DNA of 62,462 nt. Source: Polyangiaceae bacterium. GTDB taxonomy: Bacteria > Myxococcota_A > Polyangia > Polyangiales > Polyangiaceae. This document shows, one piece after another, positions 17,729-27,248 of the stretch (within the stretch, counting starts at the first letter, position 1; each line of letters opens with the position of its first letter). A program made the translations under genes and the position numbers. The notes below the pieces were generated by a model. It saw only the letters and a list, made by a program, of their open reading frames with translations, was not told the DNA's origin and ran no database searches. The stretch is from the NCBI GenBank assembly GCA_033763455.1, contig JANRKO010000066.1, positions 1 through 62,462 of the forward strand, in the 5' to 3' direction.

Positions 17729-18118
17729 ATGCAAGCGACCCAGCTCGAAGATGCAATCACTCGGTATTTCGAAAACACTGACGTTTCGGCTGTGTACCTA
17801 TTTGGGAGCCGGGCACGCGGCTCGGCTCGCCACGACAGTGATGTGGATATTGGTGTGCTCTATGCCACGGCTCCGGCACCGACGCTCGCTGCACAACCTT
17901 TCCTCGACGAAGCGAACCTCGCTGAACAGCTTGAGCTTCCGGTGCAGATCATCGTGATGAACACGGCGCCGGTGGATTTGACCCACCGAATTCTTGCCGA
18001 CGGGCGTCTGTTGGTGGAGCGAAATAGATCTCACCGTATTCGGTTCGAGGTTCAGGCGCGCAACGAATATTTCGATTTGCTGCCAACATTACTCCGCTAC
18101 CGGCGAACGGGCTCATGA
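17729..18118 (+). CDS. mntA: MNT nucleotidyltransferase antitoxin (type VII TA)
   Basis: YLFGSRARG..SDVDIG (GSx10DxD); TATACT just upstream of ATG 17729. Confidence 0.85.
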   Translation: MQATQLEDAITRYFENTDVSAVYLFGSRARGSARHDSDVDIGVLYATAPAPTLAAQPFLDEANLAEQLELPVQIIVMNTAPVDLTHRILADGRLLVERNRSHRIRFEVQARNEYFDLLPTLLRYRRTGS

Positions 18119-18525
18119 CCGACGAAGGCCTGCTCGCAAAAAAGTTGGCTTTCGTGGAGACGTGCCTATCCGAGCTCAAAGTGCTCGCTCGCCCCGAGAT
18201 CATCGAAGTCGACGTCAAGGAGCGGCGCTTTGTTGAACACACCCTTCAGATATGTCTTCAAGCCATTCAAGACACTGCATCGCACATCGTATCCGACGCA
18301 CGCCTCGGTGAGCCGCGCACGAATGCCGAGCTCTTTTCCCTACTGGCTGGGGCTGGCTATATCAGTGACGCTTTGAGCGCGAAGCTGCGTGCGGCGGTTG
18401 GCTTTCGCAACGTGCTAGTGCACGGCTATACAGCGGTTGACCCACGCATCGTGCGGGACGTTGTGGAAAATCACCTGGAAGAAATGACCGAGTTTGTCAC
18501 CGCCGTTCGGCTTCGTTTGAAGTAG
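18115..18525 (+). CDS. hepT: HEPN/DUF86 RNase toxin (type VII TA)
   Basis: FRNVLVHGY (Rx4HxY); ATGA overlap with mntA. Confidence 0.88.
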   Translation: MTDEGLLAKKLAFVETCLSELKVLARPEIIEVDVKERRFVEHTLQICLQAIQDTASHIVSDARLGEPRTNAELFSLLAGAGYISDALSAKLRAAVGFRNVLVHGYTAVDPRIVRDVVENHLEEMTEFVTAVRLRLK

Positions 18526-18672
18526 CTTTTCCGGGGGGAAGCACCCGAGATGCGCGCGCCATTTGCGAGGTTGCAGATTTTGCGCGGTTTTTGACCGCCA
18601 ATGCGGAGCAATCCACTTGGCGAGAGGGCGGGTGTGCCTTAGTCAACAAAGCAGGTACTCCGAGGTTTGACG

Positions 18673-21093
18673 ATGTCGACGCCCCATGATCCCCACCTAG
18701 AGCACGTACATGGCGGACGTTGCTGCGAACCCGCTGCGCCGCAACCTTCTGCACCTGTGAAAGATCCCGTGTGTGGGATGACGGTGAACCCCGCAACCGC
18801 TCGTGGCGGGTCGCATCTCTACGAGGGTAAGACATATTACTTTTGCAATCCAAAATGCAAAGATAAGTTCGCTGCGAATCCTGTGCAGTATCTAGCGCCG
18901 GTGGTGCTTGAAGGCCCCAAAGCCGAAGCAATCGCACCGACGCTTACTCCTGGGCAAACAGCCAGCCCAGGTGCCTTGGCAAAGGTCATCTACACATGTC
19001 CGATGCACCCCGAGGTGCGCCAAGAAGGCCCCGGAGCTTGCCCCAAGTGCGGCATGGCGCTTGAGCCTGAAACCGTGGAAGCGGAGGAAACCACCAATCC
19101 AGAACTTCAGAGCATGCAGCGTCGCCTGTGGATTAGCCTTCTGTTCACGGCGCCCACGTTTGCACTTGCTATGTCGGAGATGGTGCCTGGGGAACCCGTG
19201 CAGCAGGCGCTTGGAGCGTGGGCGGTGTGGCTGCAGCTCGCGTTTTCGGCGCCTGTGGTCTTGTGGGGAGGCTGGCCTTTTTTCCAGCGTGGTTGGGCCT
19301 CCGTCGTTCACCGCCACCCCAACATGTTCACCTTGATCGCGCTTGGAACCTCGGCGGCCTTTGGGTTCAGCTTGCTTGCGGTGTTTTTCCCAGAGTGGCT
19401 TCCCCATTCGATGTCGCACGCTGGAGCGGTGCCGGTCTATTTCGAGGCATCGGCAGTTATTGTTACCTTGGTGCTGCTAGGGCAGGTGTTAGAGTTGCGG
19501 GCACGTAGTGCAACGTCGGGGGCTATTCGCGCACTGCTCGTGTTGAGCCCGAAAACGGCCCGCCGTGTGCTGGAAGACGGCAGTGAGCTTGAAGTGCCGC
19601 TTGAACAGGTAGAAGTGGGGCACCAGCTGCGCGTACGGCCAGGCGAGAAGATCCCTGTCGACGGCACCGTGACGGATGGTGGGAGCAGCGTGGATGAATC
19701 AAGTATCACGGGTGAGTCGATGCCCGTGGAGAAGGCGAAAGGTAGCGCCCTTACCGGAGGAACGTTGAACGGGACGGGCACGTTGGTGCTAAGGGCCGAA
19801 CGCGTCGGAAAGGACACTCTGTTGGCGCAGATCGTTTCGCTGGTGAGTGAAGCGCAGCGGAGCCGCGCCCCGATTCAGCGCCTAGCGGATGTGGTGTCCG
19901 GATGGTTTGTGCCAGCTGTGGTGCTTGTGGCGGCGCTCACTGCCGGTATCTGGGGCATTTTCGGCCCCGAGCCTCGGTTGGCGTATGCACTGGTAAACGC
20001 AGTGGCCGTTCTGATTATTGCCTGCCCGTGTGCGCTTGGCTTAGCCACCCCCATGTCCATCATGGTGGGCACCGGACGAGGGGCGAGCGCCGGGGTGCTC
20101 GTGAAGAATGCCGAAGCGTTGGAGTTGCTGGAAAAAGTCGATACCTTGGTGGTGGACAAGACGGGGACGCTCACCGAAGGGAAGCCAACCTTAGCAACTC
20201 TGGTTGCTGCACCAGGGTTCTCGGAGCAGGAGCTCCTGAAGTATGCCGCCGCCCTTGAGCAAACCAGTGAGCATCCGCTAGCTGCTGCGATCGTCGCCGG
20301 TGCGAAGGCTCGCCCCGTTGAAGTTCCCGAGGCCAAGAATTTTCGATCCATCACCGGCAAGGGCGTGCAGGGAAGGGTAGGGGAAATGGAGGTCGCCCTT
20401 GGAAATGCGCGGTTCCTGACGGAGCGAAATGTAGAGACGGAGCCACTGCTGGCAGAAGCGGGGCGCTTGCGCGAACAGGGGGAAACGGTGGTGTTTCTGG
20501 AGGTGGGGGGCAAGCTTGCCGGGTTACTTGGCGTGCAGGATCCGATCAAGGAGTCGACACCTGAGGCGCTCGTGGCGCTCCAAGGGGCCGGGCTGCGGAT
20601 AGTCATGTTATCTGGCGACAACGAGCGCACTGCGCAGGCGGTGGCACGAAAGCTTGGCATCACGGACGTGCGCGCGGATGTCTTGCCGGATCAGAAGCAC
20701 GCCGTCATCGAGCAGCTGAAGCGGGAAGGCGCCATGGTTGCAATGGCCGGTGATGGCACCAATGATGCTCCAGCGTTGGCTGCGGCGCATGTGGGCATTG
20801 CCATGGGCACCGGCACGGATGTAGCGATGCAGAGCGCGGGGATTACGCTTTTGCGTGGCGACTTGCGCGGCATCGTGCGCGCGCGCCACCTCTCACAGGC
20901 AGTCATGAAAAACATTCGTCAGAATCTCTTTTTCGCCTTCGTCTACAATTCACTCGGAGTGCCGATTGCGGCGGGCCTGCTTTACCCGGCATTTGGCCTG
21001 CTCCTTAGCCCCATGTTCGCGAGTGCGGCGATGGCGTTTAGTTCCGTATCGGTGATTGGCAATGCGCTCAGGCTGAGAAGGGTCGATATTTAG
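18673..21093 (+). CDS. copA: P1B-type Cu(+)/Ag(+) exporting ATPase with YHS and CPMH metal-binding domains
   Basis: DPVCGM..YYFC, YTCPMHP, TGES, CPC, DKTGT, SEHP, GDGTND, YN..MAFSS. Confidence 0.9.
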   Translation: MSTPHDPHLEHVHGGRCCEPAAPQPSAPVKDPVCGMTVNPATARGGSHLYEGKTYYFCNPKCKDKFAANPVQYLAPVVLEGPKAEAIAPTLTPGQTASPGALAKVIYTCPMHPEVRQEGPGACPKCGMALEPETVEAEETTNPELQSMQRRLWISLLFTAPTFALAMSEMVPGEPVQQALGAWAVWLQLAFSAPVVLWGGWPFFQRGWASVVHRHPNMFTLIALGTSAAFGFSLLAVFFPEWLPHSMSHAGAVPVYFEASAVIVTLVLLGQVLELRARSATSGAIRALLVLSPKTARRVLEDGSELEVPLEQVEVGHQLRVRPGEKIPVDGTVTDGGSSVDESSITGESMPVEKAKGSALTGGTLNGTGTLVLRAERVGKDTLLAQIVSLVSEAQRSRAPIQRLADVVSGWFVPAVVLVAALTAGIWGIFGPEPRLAYALVNAVAVLIIACPCALGLATPMSIMVGTGRGASAGVLVKNAEALELLEKVDTLVVDKTGTLTEGKPTLATLVAAPGFSEQELLKYAAALEQTSEHPLAAAIVAGAKARPVEVPEAKNFRSITGKGVQGRVGEMEVALGNARFLTERNVETEPLLAEAGRLREQGETVVFLEVGGKLAGLLGVQDPIKESTPEALVALQGAGLRIVMLSGDNERTAQAVARKLGITDVRADVLPDQKHAVIEQLKREGAMVAMAGDGTNDAPALAAAHVGIAMGTGTDVAMQSAGITLLRGDLRGIVRARHLSQAVMKNIRQNLFFAFVYNSLGVPIAAGLLYPAFGLLLSPMFASAAMAFSSVSVIGNALRLRRVDI

Positions 21094-21501
21094 GCACATT
21101 TCGCCGCCCGACGGCTCCCATTTTGCTCGGGAACACATTGCTTTGACGCTGACATGGAACGCAAGGGAGTGCGACCAAGGCGCCTTGCCCGCAACTGGCA
21201 GTCCAATACTTGTGAAGCTGCTCTTGAGCCGGGACCTCCGACTCAGGAGGTTGGAGTTGTCAGGGCACGGCTGAGGTGGCTGATGGGGGCCTTCTCACGG
21301 CAGGTAGGCTTGCTGCGCAACATGTGCGCCTTTCGCGACGCCTGGGTTTGTGTGCTCAATGATTCGGAAATGTCGCGGCAATGATCGGAGGAACGCAAAG
21401 AATGCGCTTTGATTGCTTCGGTCGCGCAAATTCTCAGGCTCAAGGTTTCGAAAGCGGCGAGGATCCTGCACGATTTGCCGAGAAAACCCGCGGGCTCCTC
21501 T

Positions 21502-21517
21502 GGGCATAGGGCTTGCT
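21502..21517 (+). promoter_or_regulatory. sigma54 -24/-12 promoter of the cco operon
   Basis: GGGCATAGGGCTTGCT, GG-N10-GC, 15 nt before the ccoN ATG. Confidence 0.5.
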
Positions 21518-21531
21518 TTGGTGCCCGGCCA

Positions 21532-23763
21532 ATGACGCCCCGTCTAGAAAAATTCACCTACAACGACAGTGTGGTCCGAGCGTTCGCGCTCGCCACCGCG
21601 GTCTGGGCCCTGGTGGCCACCCTGGCTGGCCTCTTACTCGCGGTCCTGCTGGTTGTCCCGAGCCTGAATCTTGGGCTGCCCGAGCTCACGTTTGGCAGGC
21701 TACGGCCACTCCACACCAACGCAGCCATCTTTGCCTTTGCGGGCAACGCCATCTTCGCCGCGATTTACCATTCGAGCCAACGCCTGCTCAAAGCGCGCAT
21801 CTTCAGCGATAAGCTGAGTTGGTTCCACTTTTGGGGTTGGCAAGCGATCATCGTGTCGGCCGCCTTGACGCTGCCGTTTGGTATTACCCAAGGCAAGGAG
21901 TACGCCGAGCTTGAATGGCCTATCGATATTGCGATTGCAGTAGTTTGGGTTGCTTTTGCGATCAACTTTTTCGGGACTATCGCCCAGCGCCGTGAACGGC
22001 ATCTGTACGTTTCGATTTGGTTTTACATCGCCACGATTGTGACGGTCGCTATCCTACATATCTTCAATAGCCTCTCGATCCCAGTAAGCCTCGGGAAAAG
22101 CTATTCGATCTATGCGGGCGTGCAAGATGCCTTCATGCAATGGTGGTATGGACACAACGCGGTAGCGTTCTTCCTAACAACTCCTTTTTTGGGGTTCATG
22201 TATTATTACCTGCCAAAAGCGGCGAATCGCCCGGTGTTTTCCTATCGGCTTTCGATTCTCCATTTTTGGTCGCTCGTGTTTATGTACATCTGGGCCGGGC
22301 CCCATCATTTGCACTACACGGCCTTGCCTGAATGGGCAGCTACGCTCGGCATGATCTTCAGCGTGATGCTCTGGATGCCGTCGTGGGGCGGCATGATCAA
22401 CGGCTTGCTCACACTTCGTGGCGCCTGGAATAAGGTTGCTTCCGATCCTGTGCTCAAGTTCTTCGTCGTGGGTATTACGTTTTACGGGATGGCGACCTTT
22501 GAGGGACCACTGCTCTCTATCAAGAGTGTGAATGCGCTCTCCCATTATACGGATTGGACGATCGCACACGTTCACAGCGGCGCGCTCGGTTGGAACGGGT
22601 TCATGGCTTTTGGCCTTCTTTATTGGTTGGCCCCGCGCATATTCCAAACCGAGCTTTACTCCAAAAAGCTTGCGGAGCTTCACTTCTGGCTCGGTACGTT
22701 CGGGATCCTTTTCTACATCGTGTCGATGTATGTGGCCGGGGTAACGCAGGGCCTCATGTGGCGCGCTTTCGATGAAACCGGGCGCCTTGCGTACCCTGAC
22801 TTCATTGAGACGGTGGTGAAGCTCATTCCGATGTATTGGGTACGTGCGTTTGGCGGTCTCATGTACGTCGTGGGTGTGGCGCTCGGGCTCGCCAATCTAC
22901 TTTTGACGTGGAAACATCGCCCGGCGAAGTACCAAGAAGTGGAGCAAGAAGCCTCGGCGCTCGGTGAATACACGGGGCCCACGGTTACGCTGGAAATTCC
23001 ACGGCACACCACCATCGCTGACACGGGACATCAGCTTCGGTACTTTGCCAATGTCGCGTGGCACCGTGCCTGGGAGCGCAAGCCCTTCAAGTTCACCGTG
23101 TTTGTGGTCGTTTCGGTGGCTGTTGCCAGCTTATTCGAAATCATGCCCACGTTTTTGATCCGTTCGAACGTGCCCACCATCGCGAGCGTGAAGCCTTACA
23201 CGCCGCTTGAGCTCGCTGGGCGGGATATCTACGTGGCGGAAGGCTGCTACAATTGTCACTCGCAAATGGTGCGCCCGATCCGTTCGGAAACGGAGCGCTA
23301 CGGTGAATACAGTAAACCGGGCGAGTTCGTTTACGACCATCCGTTCCAGTGGGGCTCACGTCGCATTGGGCCTGATTTACACCGCGTAGGGGGCAAGTAT
23401 CCCCACCTCTGGCACGTCCGGCACATGGAGGATCCGACGTCGACGACCCCAGGCTCCATCATGCCTGCCTACACCTGGCTTTTGCATGACGACACCGACT
23501 TTGCATCGATTCAGAAGAAGGTAGATGCCATGGCCATGTTGGGTGTGCCCTATGGCGAGGCTATCAACAAAGCGGAGAGCCTGGCGCGTACGCAAGCTGC
23601 TCAGATTTCTAGAGACATTGCTTCCCAGGGTGGTCCCGCAGGGCTTGAAGGAAAGGCCATCGTGCCTTTGATCGCTTACCTGCAGCGTTTGGGCACAGAT
23701 ATCAAGCTCTCCACGCCCGCTCTGGACAGTGCTGCCGTGGCGGCGAAGGCGGTGGTGCCATGA
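21532..23763 (+). CDS. ccoN: cbb3-type cytochrome c oxidase, fused subunits I/II (CcoN-CcoO)
   Basis: RLRPLHT, WWYGHNAV, WAGPHHLH, HVHSG; CcoO part GCYNCHSQM, WGSRRIGPDL. Confidence 0.96.
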   Translation: MTPRLEKFTYNDSVVRAFALATAVWALVATLAGLLLAVLLVVPSLNLGLPELTFGRLRPLHTNAAIFAFAGNAIFAAIYHSSQRLLKARIFSDKLSWFHFWGWQAIIVSAALTLPFGITQGKEYAELEWPIDIAIAVVWVAFAINFFGTIAQRRERHLYVSIWFYIATIVTVAILHIFNSLSIPVSLGKSYSIYAGVQDAFMQWWYGHNAVAFFLTTPFLGFMYYYLPKAANRPVFSYRLSILHFWSLVFMYIWAGPHHLHYTALPEWAATLGMIFSVMLWMPSWGGMINGLLTLRGAWNKVASDPVLKFFVVGITFYGMATFEGPLLSIKSVNALSHYTDWTIAHVHSGALGWNGFMAFGLLYWLAPRIFQTELYSKKLAELHFWLGTFGILFYIVSMYVAGVTQGLMWRAFDETGRLAYPDFIETVVKLIPMYWVRAFGGLMYVVGVALGLANLLLTWKHRPAKYQEVEQEASALGEYTGPTVTLEIPRHTTIADTGHQLRYFANVAWHRAWERKPFKFTVFVVVSVAVASLFEIMPTFLIRSNVPTIASVKPYTPLELAGRDIYVAEGCYNCHSQMVRPIRSETERYGEYSKPGEFVYDHPFQWGSRRIGPDLHRVGGKYPHLWHVRHMEDPTSTTPGSIMPAYTWLLHDDTDFASIQKKVDAMAMLGVPYGEAINKAESLARTQAAQISRDIASQGGPAGLEGKAIVPLIAYLQRLGTDIKLSTPALDSAAVAAKAVVP

Positions 23764-23963
23764 GGCTGAGCGACATCATGAGCAATATGCACCTCTCCGG
23801 TTATGCGGAGGTCGCCTTACTGATTTTTCTCGGAGTATTTCTAGTGATCGTTCTGCAAACGTTCAAGCGCTCAAACCAGGAAAAGTGGAATGCGGAGAAG
23901 CTCCTTCCGCTTGAGGAAGAGCCGGTGGCCCACACCCAGAAGTCAGGAGCTCGAGTACCATGA
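23760..23963 (+). CDS. ccoQ: cbb3 oxidase small subunit CcoQ
   Basis: Single TM, LPLEE tail, position between ccoO and ccoP. Confidence 0.75.
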   Translation: MRLSDIMSNMHLSGYAEVALLIFLGVFLVIVLQTFKRSNQEKWNAEKLLPLEEEPVAHTQKSGARVP

Positions 23964-24556
23964 GTGCAGAAACTGGAAAAAGGAGCGGCGAATATGTGCC
24001 CGAAGATCCACGAACGGGCCACGAATATGACGGCATTGAAGAATTCGACAATCCGATGCCGCGCTGGTGGAAGAATATCTTCTGGGCCACCTTCTTGTTT
24101 GCGTTGGGATACTTCTTTCACTACCAACTGAGCGGCCAAGGGGCGAGCGTAGCCGAGAGCTACGACGAAGATATGCGTGAATTCCGTGAGGAAACGGCGA
24201 AAAAGCTGGTGGGGAGCGAGGCAACGGAAGCCGGGCTCACGCGACTCATGAGTAACCCCCAGATGTTGGCGGATGCAGCTGTGATCTACGCGGCGCGCTG
24301 CAAAGCCTGCCATGCGGAACACGGAGAGGGACAGATCGGGCCGAACCTTACCGACAATAGCTGGATCAACGGCAAGGGAACGCTCATGGACATCTACGGG
24401 GTGGTGTCGACAGGGGTGTTGGCCAAAGGCATGCCGGCGTGGGAACGCCAGCTTACACCGATCGAGCTGCAGAAGGTGGTGGCCTTCGTCGGGAGCTTGC
24501 GAGGCAAGAATCTCCCAGGAAAAGCCGCAGAGGGTACACCCCTTGCGGCGCCTTAA
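23960..24556 (+). CDS. ccoP: cbb3 oxidase subunit III (mono-haem CcoP)
   Basis: HEYDGIEEFDNPMPRWW; single CKACH; GPNLTD; GMPAW. Confidence 0.9.
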   Translation: MSAETGKRSGEYVPEDPRTGHEYDGIEEFDNPMPRWWKNIFWATFLFALGYFFHYQLSGQGASVAESYDEDMREFREETAKKLVGSEATEAGLTRLMSNPQMLADAAVIYAARCKACHAEHGEGQIGPNLTDNSWINGKGTLMDIYGVVSTGVLAKGMPAWERQLTPIELQKVVAFVGSLRGKNLPGKAAEGTPLAAP

Positions 24557-24586
24557 GGGGCTGCCTCTCGCATTACGGTGCTTCGC

Positions 24587-25981
24587 ATGACGCTGTCTTC
24601 GCCCCCGCGAGTATTACCCACGCTCAACAGCGATGGAACGCGCCGCCGCATCCGTCCCGAGCCATCCGAGGGACGCTTCGCCTCTCGTCGGCGCTGGGTG
24701 GGGATCGGTTTGATCGGCCTCTTTGCCGCCTTGCCATTCATCACCATCAAGGGGCAGCCGGCGGTGTTCCTAGATGTGGTGCGGCGCGAGTTCCATCTGT
24801 TTGGGCGCACCTTCCTAGCTACAGATTCGGTGCTTCTGATGGTGCTGATGCTCGCCATCTTCGTGAGCATCTTTTGGGTAACGGCGCTTTTGGGGCGAGC
24901 TTGGTGTGGTTGGGCGTGTCCGCAGACGGTTTACATGGAGTTCCTGTTTCGCCCGCTCGAACGCCTCTTGGAGGGTGGGCGGCAGGGGCAGCTGCGAATT
25001 GATCGCCAACGCATAAGCCCGCGGCGTTTTCTAAAATATGCCGTATTTTTCGTGCTTTCAGCACTTCTCGGAAACCTCTTTCTTGCGTACTTCGTGAGCG
25101 TCGAGGCGCTCGCACGCTGGGTGGGGCAGTCCCCCTTTGAGCATCCCGGTCCGTTCTTGGTGATGTTCGTAACCACGATGCTCGTGTACTTGGATTTTGC
25201 GTATTTTCGCGAGCAGATGTGCACCGTGGTTTGCCCCTATGCGCGCCTGCAATCGGTGTTGCTTGATACGCGATCCAAGATCATCGGTTACGACGTGGCG
25301 CGCGGCGAAGTGCGGGGAAGCGGCAAGCAACGCCAAGGCCTGGGCGATTGCATTGATTGTGGGGCCTGCGTGCGCACCTGCCCGACTGGCATAGATATTC
25401 GCGACGGCCTTCAGCTGGAGTGCGTGGCCTGCGCTCAGTGTGTGGATGCCTGCGATCGCATCATGCAGAAGATCGGAAAACCGAAGGGGCTTATTCGATA
25501 CGGTGCGCAGCAAGATCTGGCACGAGGAAGCCTGCGGCCTCCCTCTTGGAGGGGCCGCGTATATGTGTATCCGGTTGCACTTTTGGGCCTGATTTCTGCG
25601 CTTTTTCTACTGGGGGGCCGTGAACGTGTGGCCGAGGTTACCGTGCTGCGCGGCATCGGTGCACCGTTTACCTTGGAAGCAGGCTCGGTGACCAATCAGG
25701 TGCGGATCAAGGTTCGGAACCGAAGCGCGGCTTCGGAAGCCTATCGCATTGAGCTCGCGGGTGCGCCGGGCGCTTCGCTGGTTGCTCCGGAAAATCCGCT
25801 CCGGGTGTTGCCGGGTCAGCAACAGGTTACCAGTGTGTTTATCACGGCGCCCGCCGCATCTTTCAGCAACGGGAGCCGCCAGGTGCGGTTTATCGTTTCC
25901 GCCGGGGAACACCTGCGAGAAGAACTGCCCTATCGGCTCCTTGGGCCCACCACCCGAACTCAGGAGATGAAAATACAATGA
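24587..25981 (+). CDS. ccoG: Cytochrome c oxidase accessory protein CcoG/FixG
   Basis: WCGWACPQT, CPYARLQ, two 4Fe-4S motifs (CIDCGAC..CP; CVACAQC..C); exact start uncertain. Confidence 0.93.
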   Translation: MTLSSPPRVLPTLNSDGTRRRIRPEPSEGRFASRRRWVGIGLIGLFAALPFITIKGQPAVFLDVVRREFHLFGRTFLATDSVLLMVLMLAIFVSIFWVTALLGRAWCGWACPQTVYMEFLFRPLERLLEGGRQGQLRIDRQRISPRRFLKYAVFFVLSALLGNLFLAYFVSVEALARWVGQSPFEHPGPFLVMFVTTMLVYLDFAYFREQMCTVVCPYARLQSVLLDTRSKIIGYDVARGEVRGSGKQRQGLGDCIDCGACVRTCPTGIDIRDGLQLECVACAQCVDACDRIMQKIGKPKGLIRYGAQQDLARGSLRPPSWRGRVYVYPVALLGLISALFLLGGRERVAEVTVLRGIGAPFTLEAGSVTNQVRIKVRNRSAASEAYRIELAGAPGASLVAPENPLRVLPGQQQVTSVFITAPAASFSNGSRQVRFIVSAGEHLREELPYRLLGPTTRTQEMKIQ

Positions 25982-26517
25982 GTGTTTCTACTGTTGGGCC
26001 CCAGCCGCCCGTCGTTTTCGCTGGGAAAGGCGGTTCATCGGGCCAATTTTGGGCACTTTTGCCCGTGCTGTTGCTCGGGAGCATGGTGCTCGGCCTGGGC
26101 GCTATAGTTGTGCTGTACGTTAATGATCCAAGCCTTGCGCTTGAAGAAGACTATTACAAGAAGGCTGTGGGTTGGGACCAGCGTCAGGCGCTTGAGCGTT
26201 CTAATCGAGCGCTCGGCTACAAGCTTCGGGTGGAAGCCAAGCCGTTGCTGCCGGGAGCCAGGGCTTTTGAGTTGCAGGTAGAACCTCGGGATCGTGCGGA
26301 CGTGCCGTTGACGCAGGCAGTCGTTCAAGTTGAGGCGTTCCCGAATGCTCAAGCCTCACGAATTTTTCGCGGAACTCTCAGGCCCAGTGGCAATGGGCAA
26401 TTTGTGGTCAATATTCCTGGCGTCCGTACCGGGCTCTGGGAGTTCAGGGTTGCCCTTGAAAACGGCAAGGAGCGCTACACCGAGGTGTTTCGACGCGATG
26501 TGGTGGCAGGGCCGTGA
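25978..26517 (+). CDS. ccoH: FixH/CcoH family protein
   Basis: TM followed by EEDYYKKA; operon position. Confidence 0.75.
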   Translation: MSVSTVGPQPPVVFAGKGGSSGQFWALLPVLLLGSMVLGLGAIVVLYVNDPSLALEEDYYKKAVGWDQRQALERSNRALGYKLRVEAKPLLPGARAFELQVEPRDRADVPLTQAVVQVEAFPNAQASRIFRGTLRPSGNGQFVVNIPGVRTGLWEFRVALENGKERYTEVFRRDVVAGP

Positions 26518-27248
26518 CGGGTTTGCTCTACGGTGTCTTTGTTGCAAGCGTGATTGGTAGCTTGCATTGCGCCGGCATGTGCGGCCCATTCATCGCGTTC
26601 TACGCGGCGGCCGATCAGAAGCGGGGTAGCGTGCATGTTGCCTACCACCTTGGGCGTTTAGCTACTTATGTGACATTGGGCGCTGTTGCCGGTGGCGTGG
26701 GTCAGGCGGCTAATGGCGCATTCGATTGGGTGGGCTTGGGTCGAATCGGAAGTTGGGTGGCCTCCGGCGTCATGGTTGTATGGGGCGGCTTGTTGCTTGC
26801 TGAGGCCCGCGGCGTGAAGCTGTTTCGATCTTCTGGGGGTTCGCGCTGGGTGTTTCGCCTCGCAAGCCGTGCCCAAGGAAAGCCGCCTTTGTTGCGCGGG
26901 GCCCTACTCGGAGCATCCTCCGGGCTTCTGCCGTGCGGTTGGCTGTATGCCTTCGTCGTTACGGCTGCAGGCACTGGCGACCCAGTGTGGGGAGCCCTCA
27001 CCCTCCTCACTTTTTGGGCGGGCACCGTGCCTGCGTTGGTCCTGTTCGCTTGGGGCTTGGGACACCTGAGCGCTCCTGTTCGACGCTGGGTGCCCACGTT
27101 GAGCGCAGTGGCCTTGGTGGCGCTGGGAATACTCGGCGCGTTCACTCGCGTGAGCTCTGCGGTTCCCGGTACTGGCGCAAAAGGTGGCAGCTCTCCTTCA
27201 GTGCCGACCATGCCTGCGAATTGTCCGATGCACCGAGGACACCGGTGA
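26514..27248 (+). CDS. DsbD_2/TauE-like cytochrome biogenesis membrane protein
   Basis: SLHCAGMCGP, YHLGR, GLLPCGWLY, FWAGTVP. Confidence 0.85.
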   Translation: MTGLLYGVFVASVIGSLHCAGMCGPFIAFYAAADQKRGSVHVAYHLGRLATYVTLGAVAGGVGQAANGAFDWVGLGRIGSWVASGVMVVWGGLLLAEARGVKLFRSSGGSRWVFRLASRAQGKPPLLRGALLGASSGLLPCGWLYAFVVTAAGTGDPVWGALTLLTFWAGTVPALVLFAWGLGHLSAPVRRWVPTLSAVALVALGILGAFTRVSSAVPGTGAKGGSSPSVPTMPANCPMHRGHR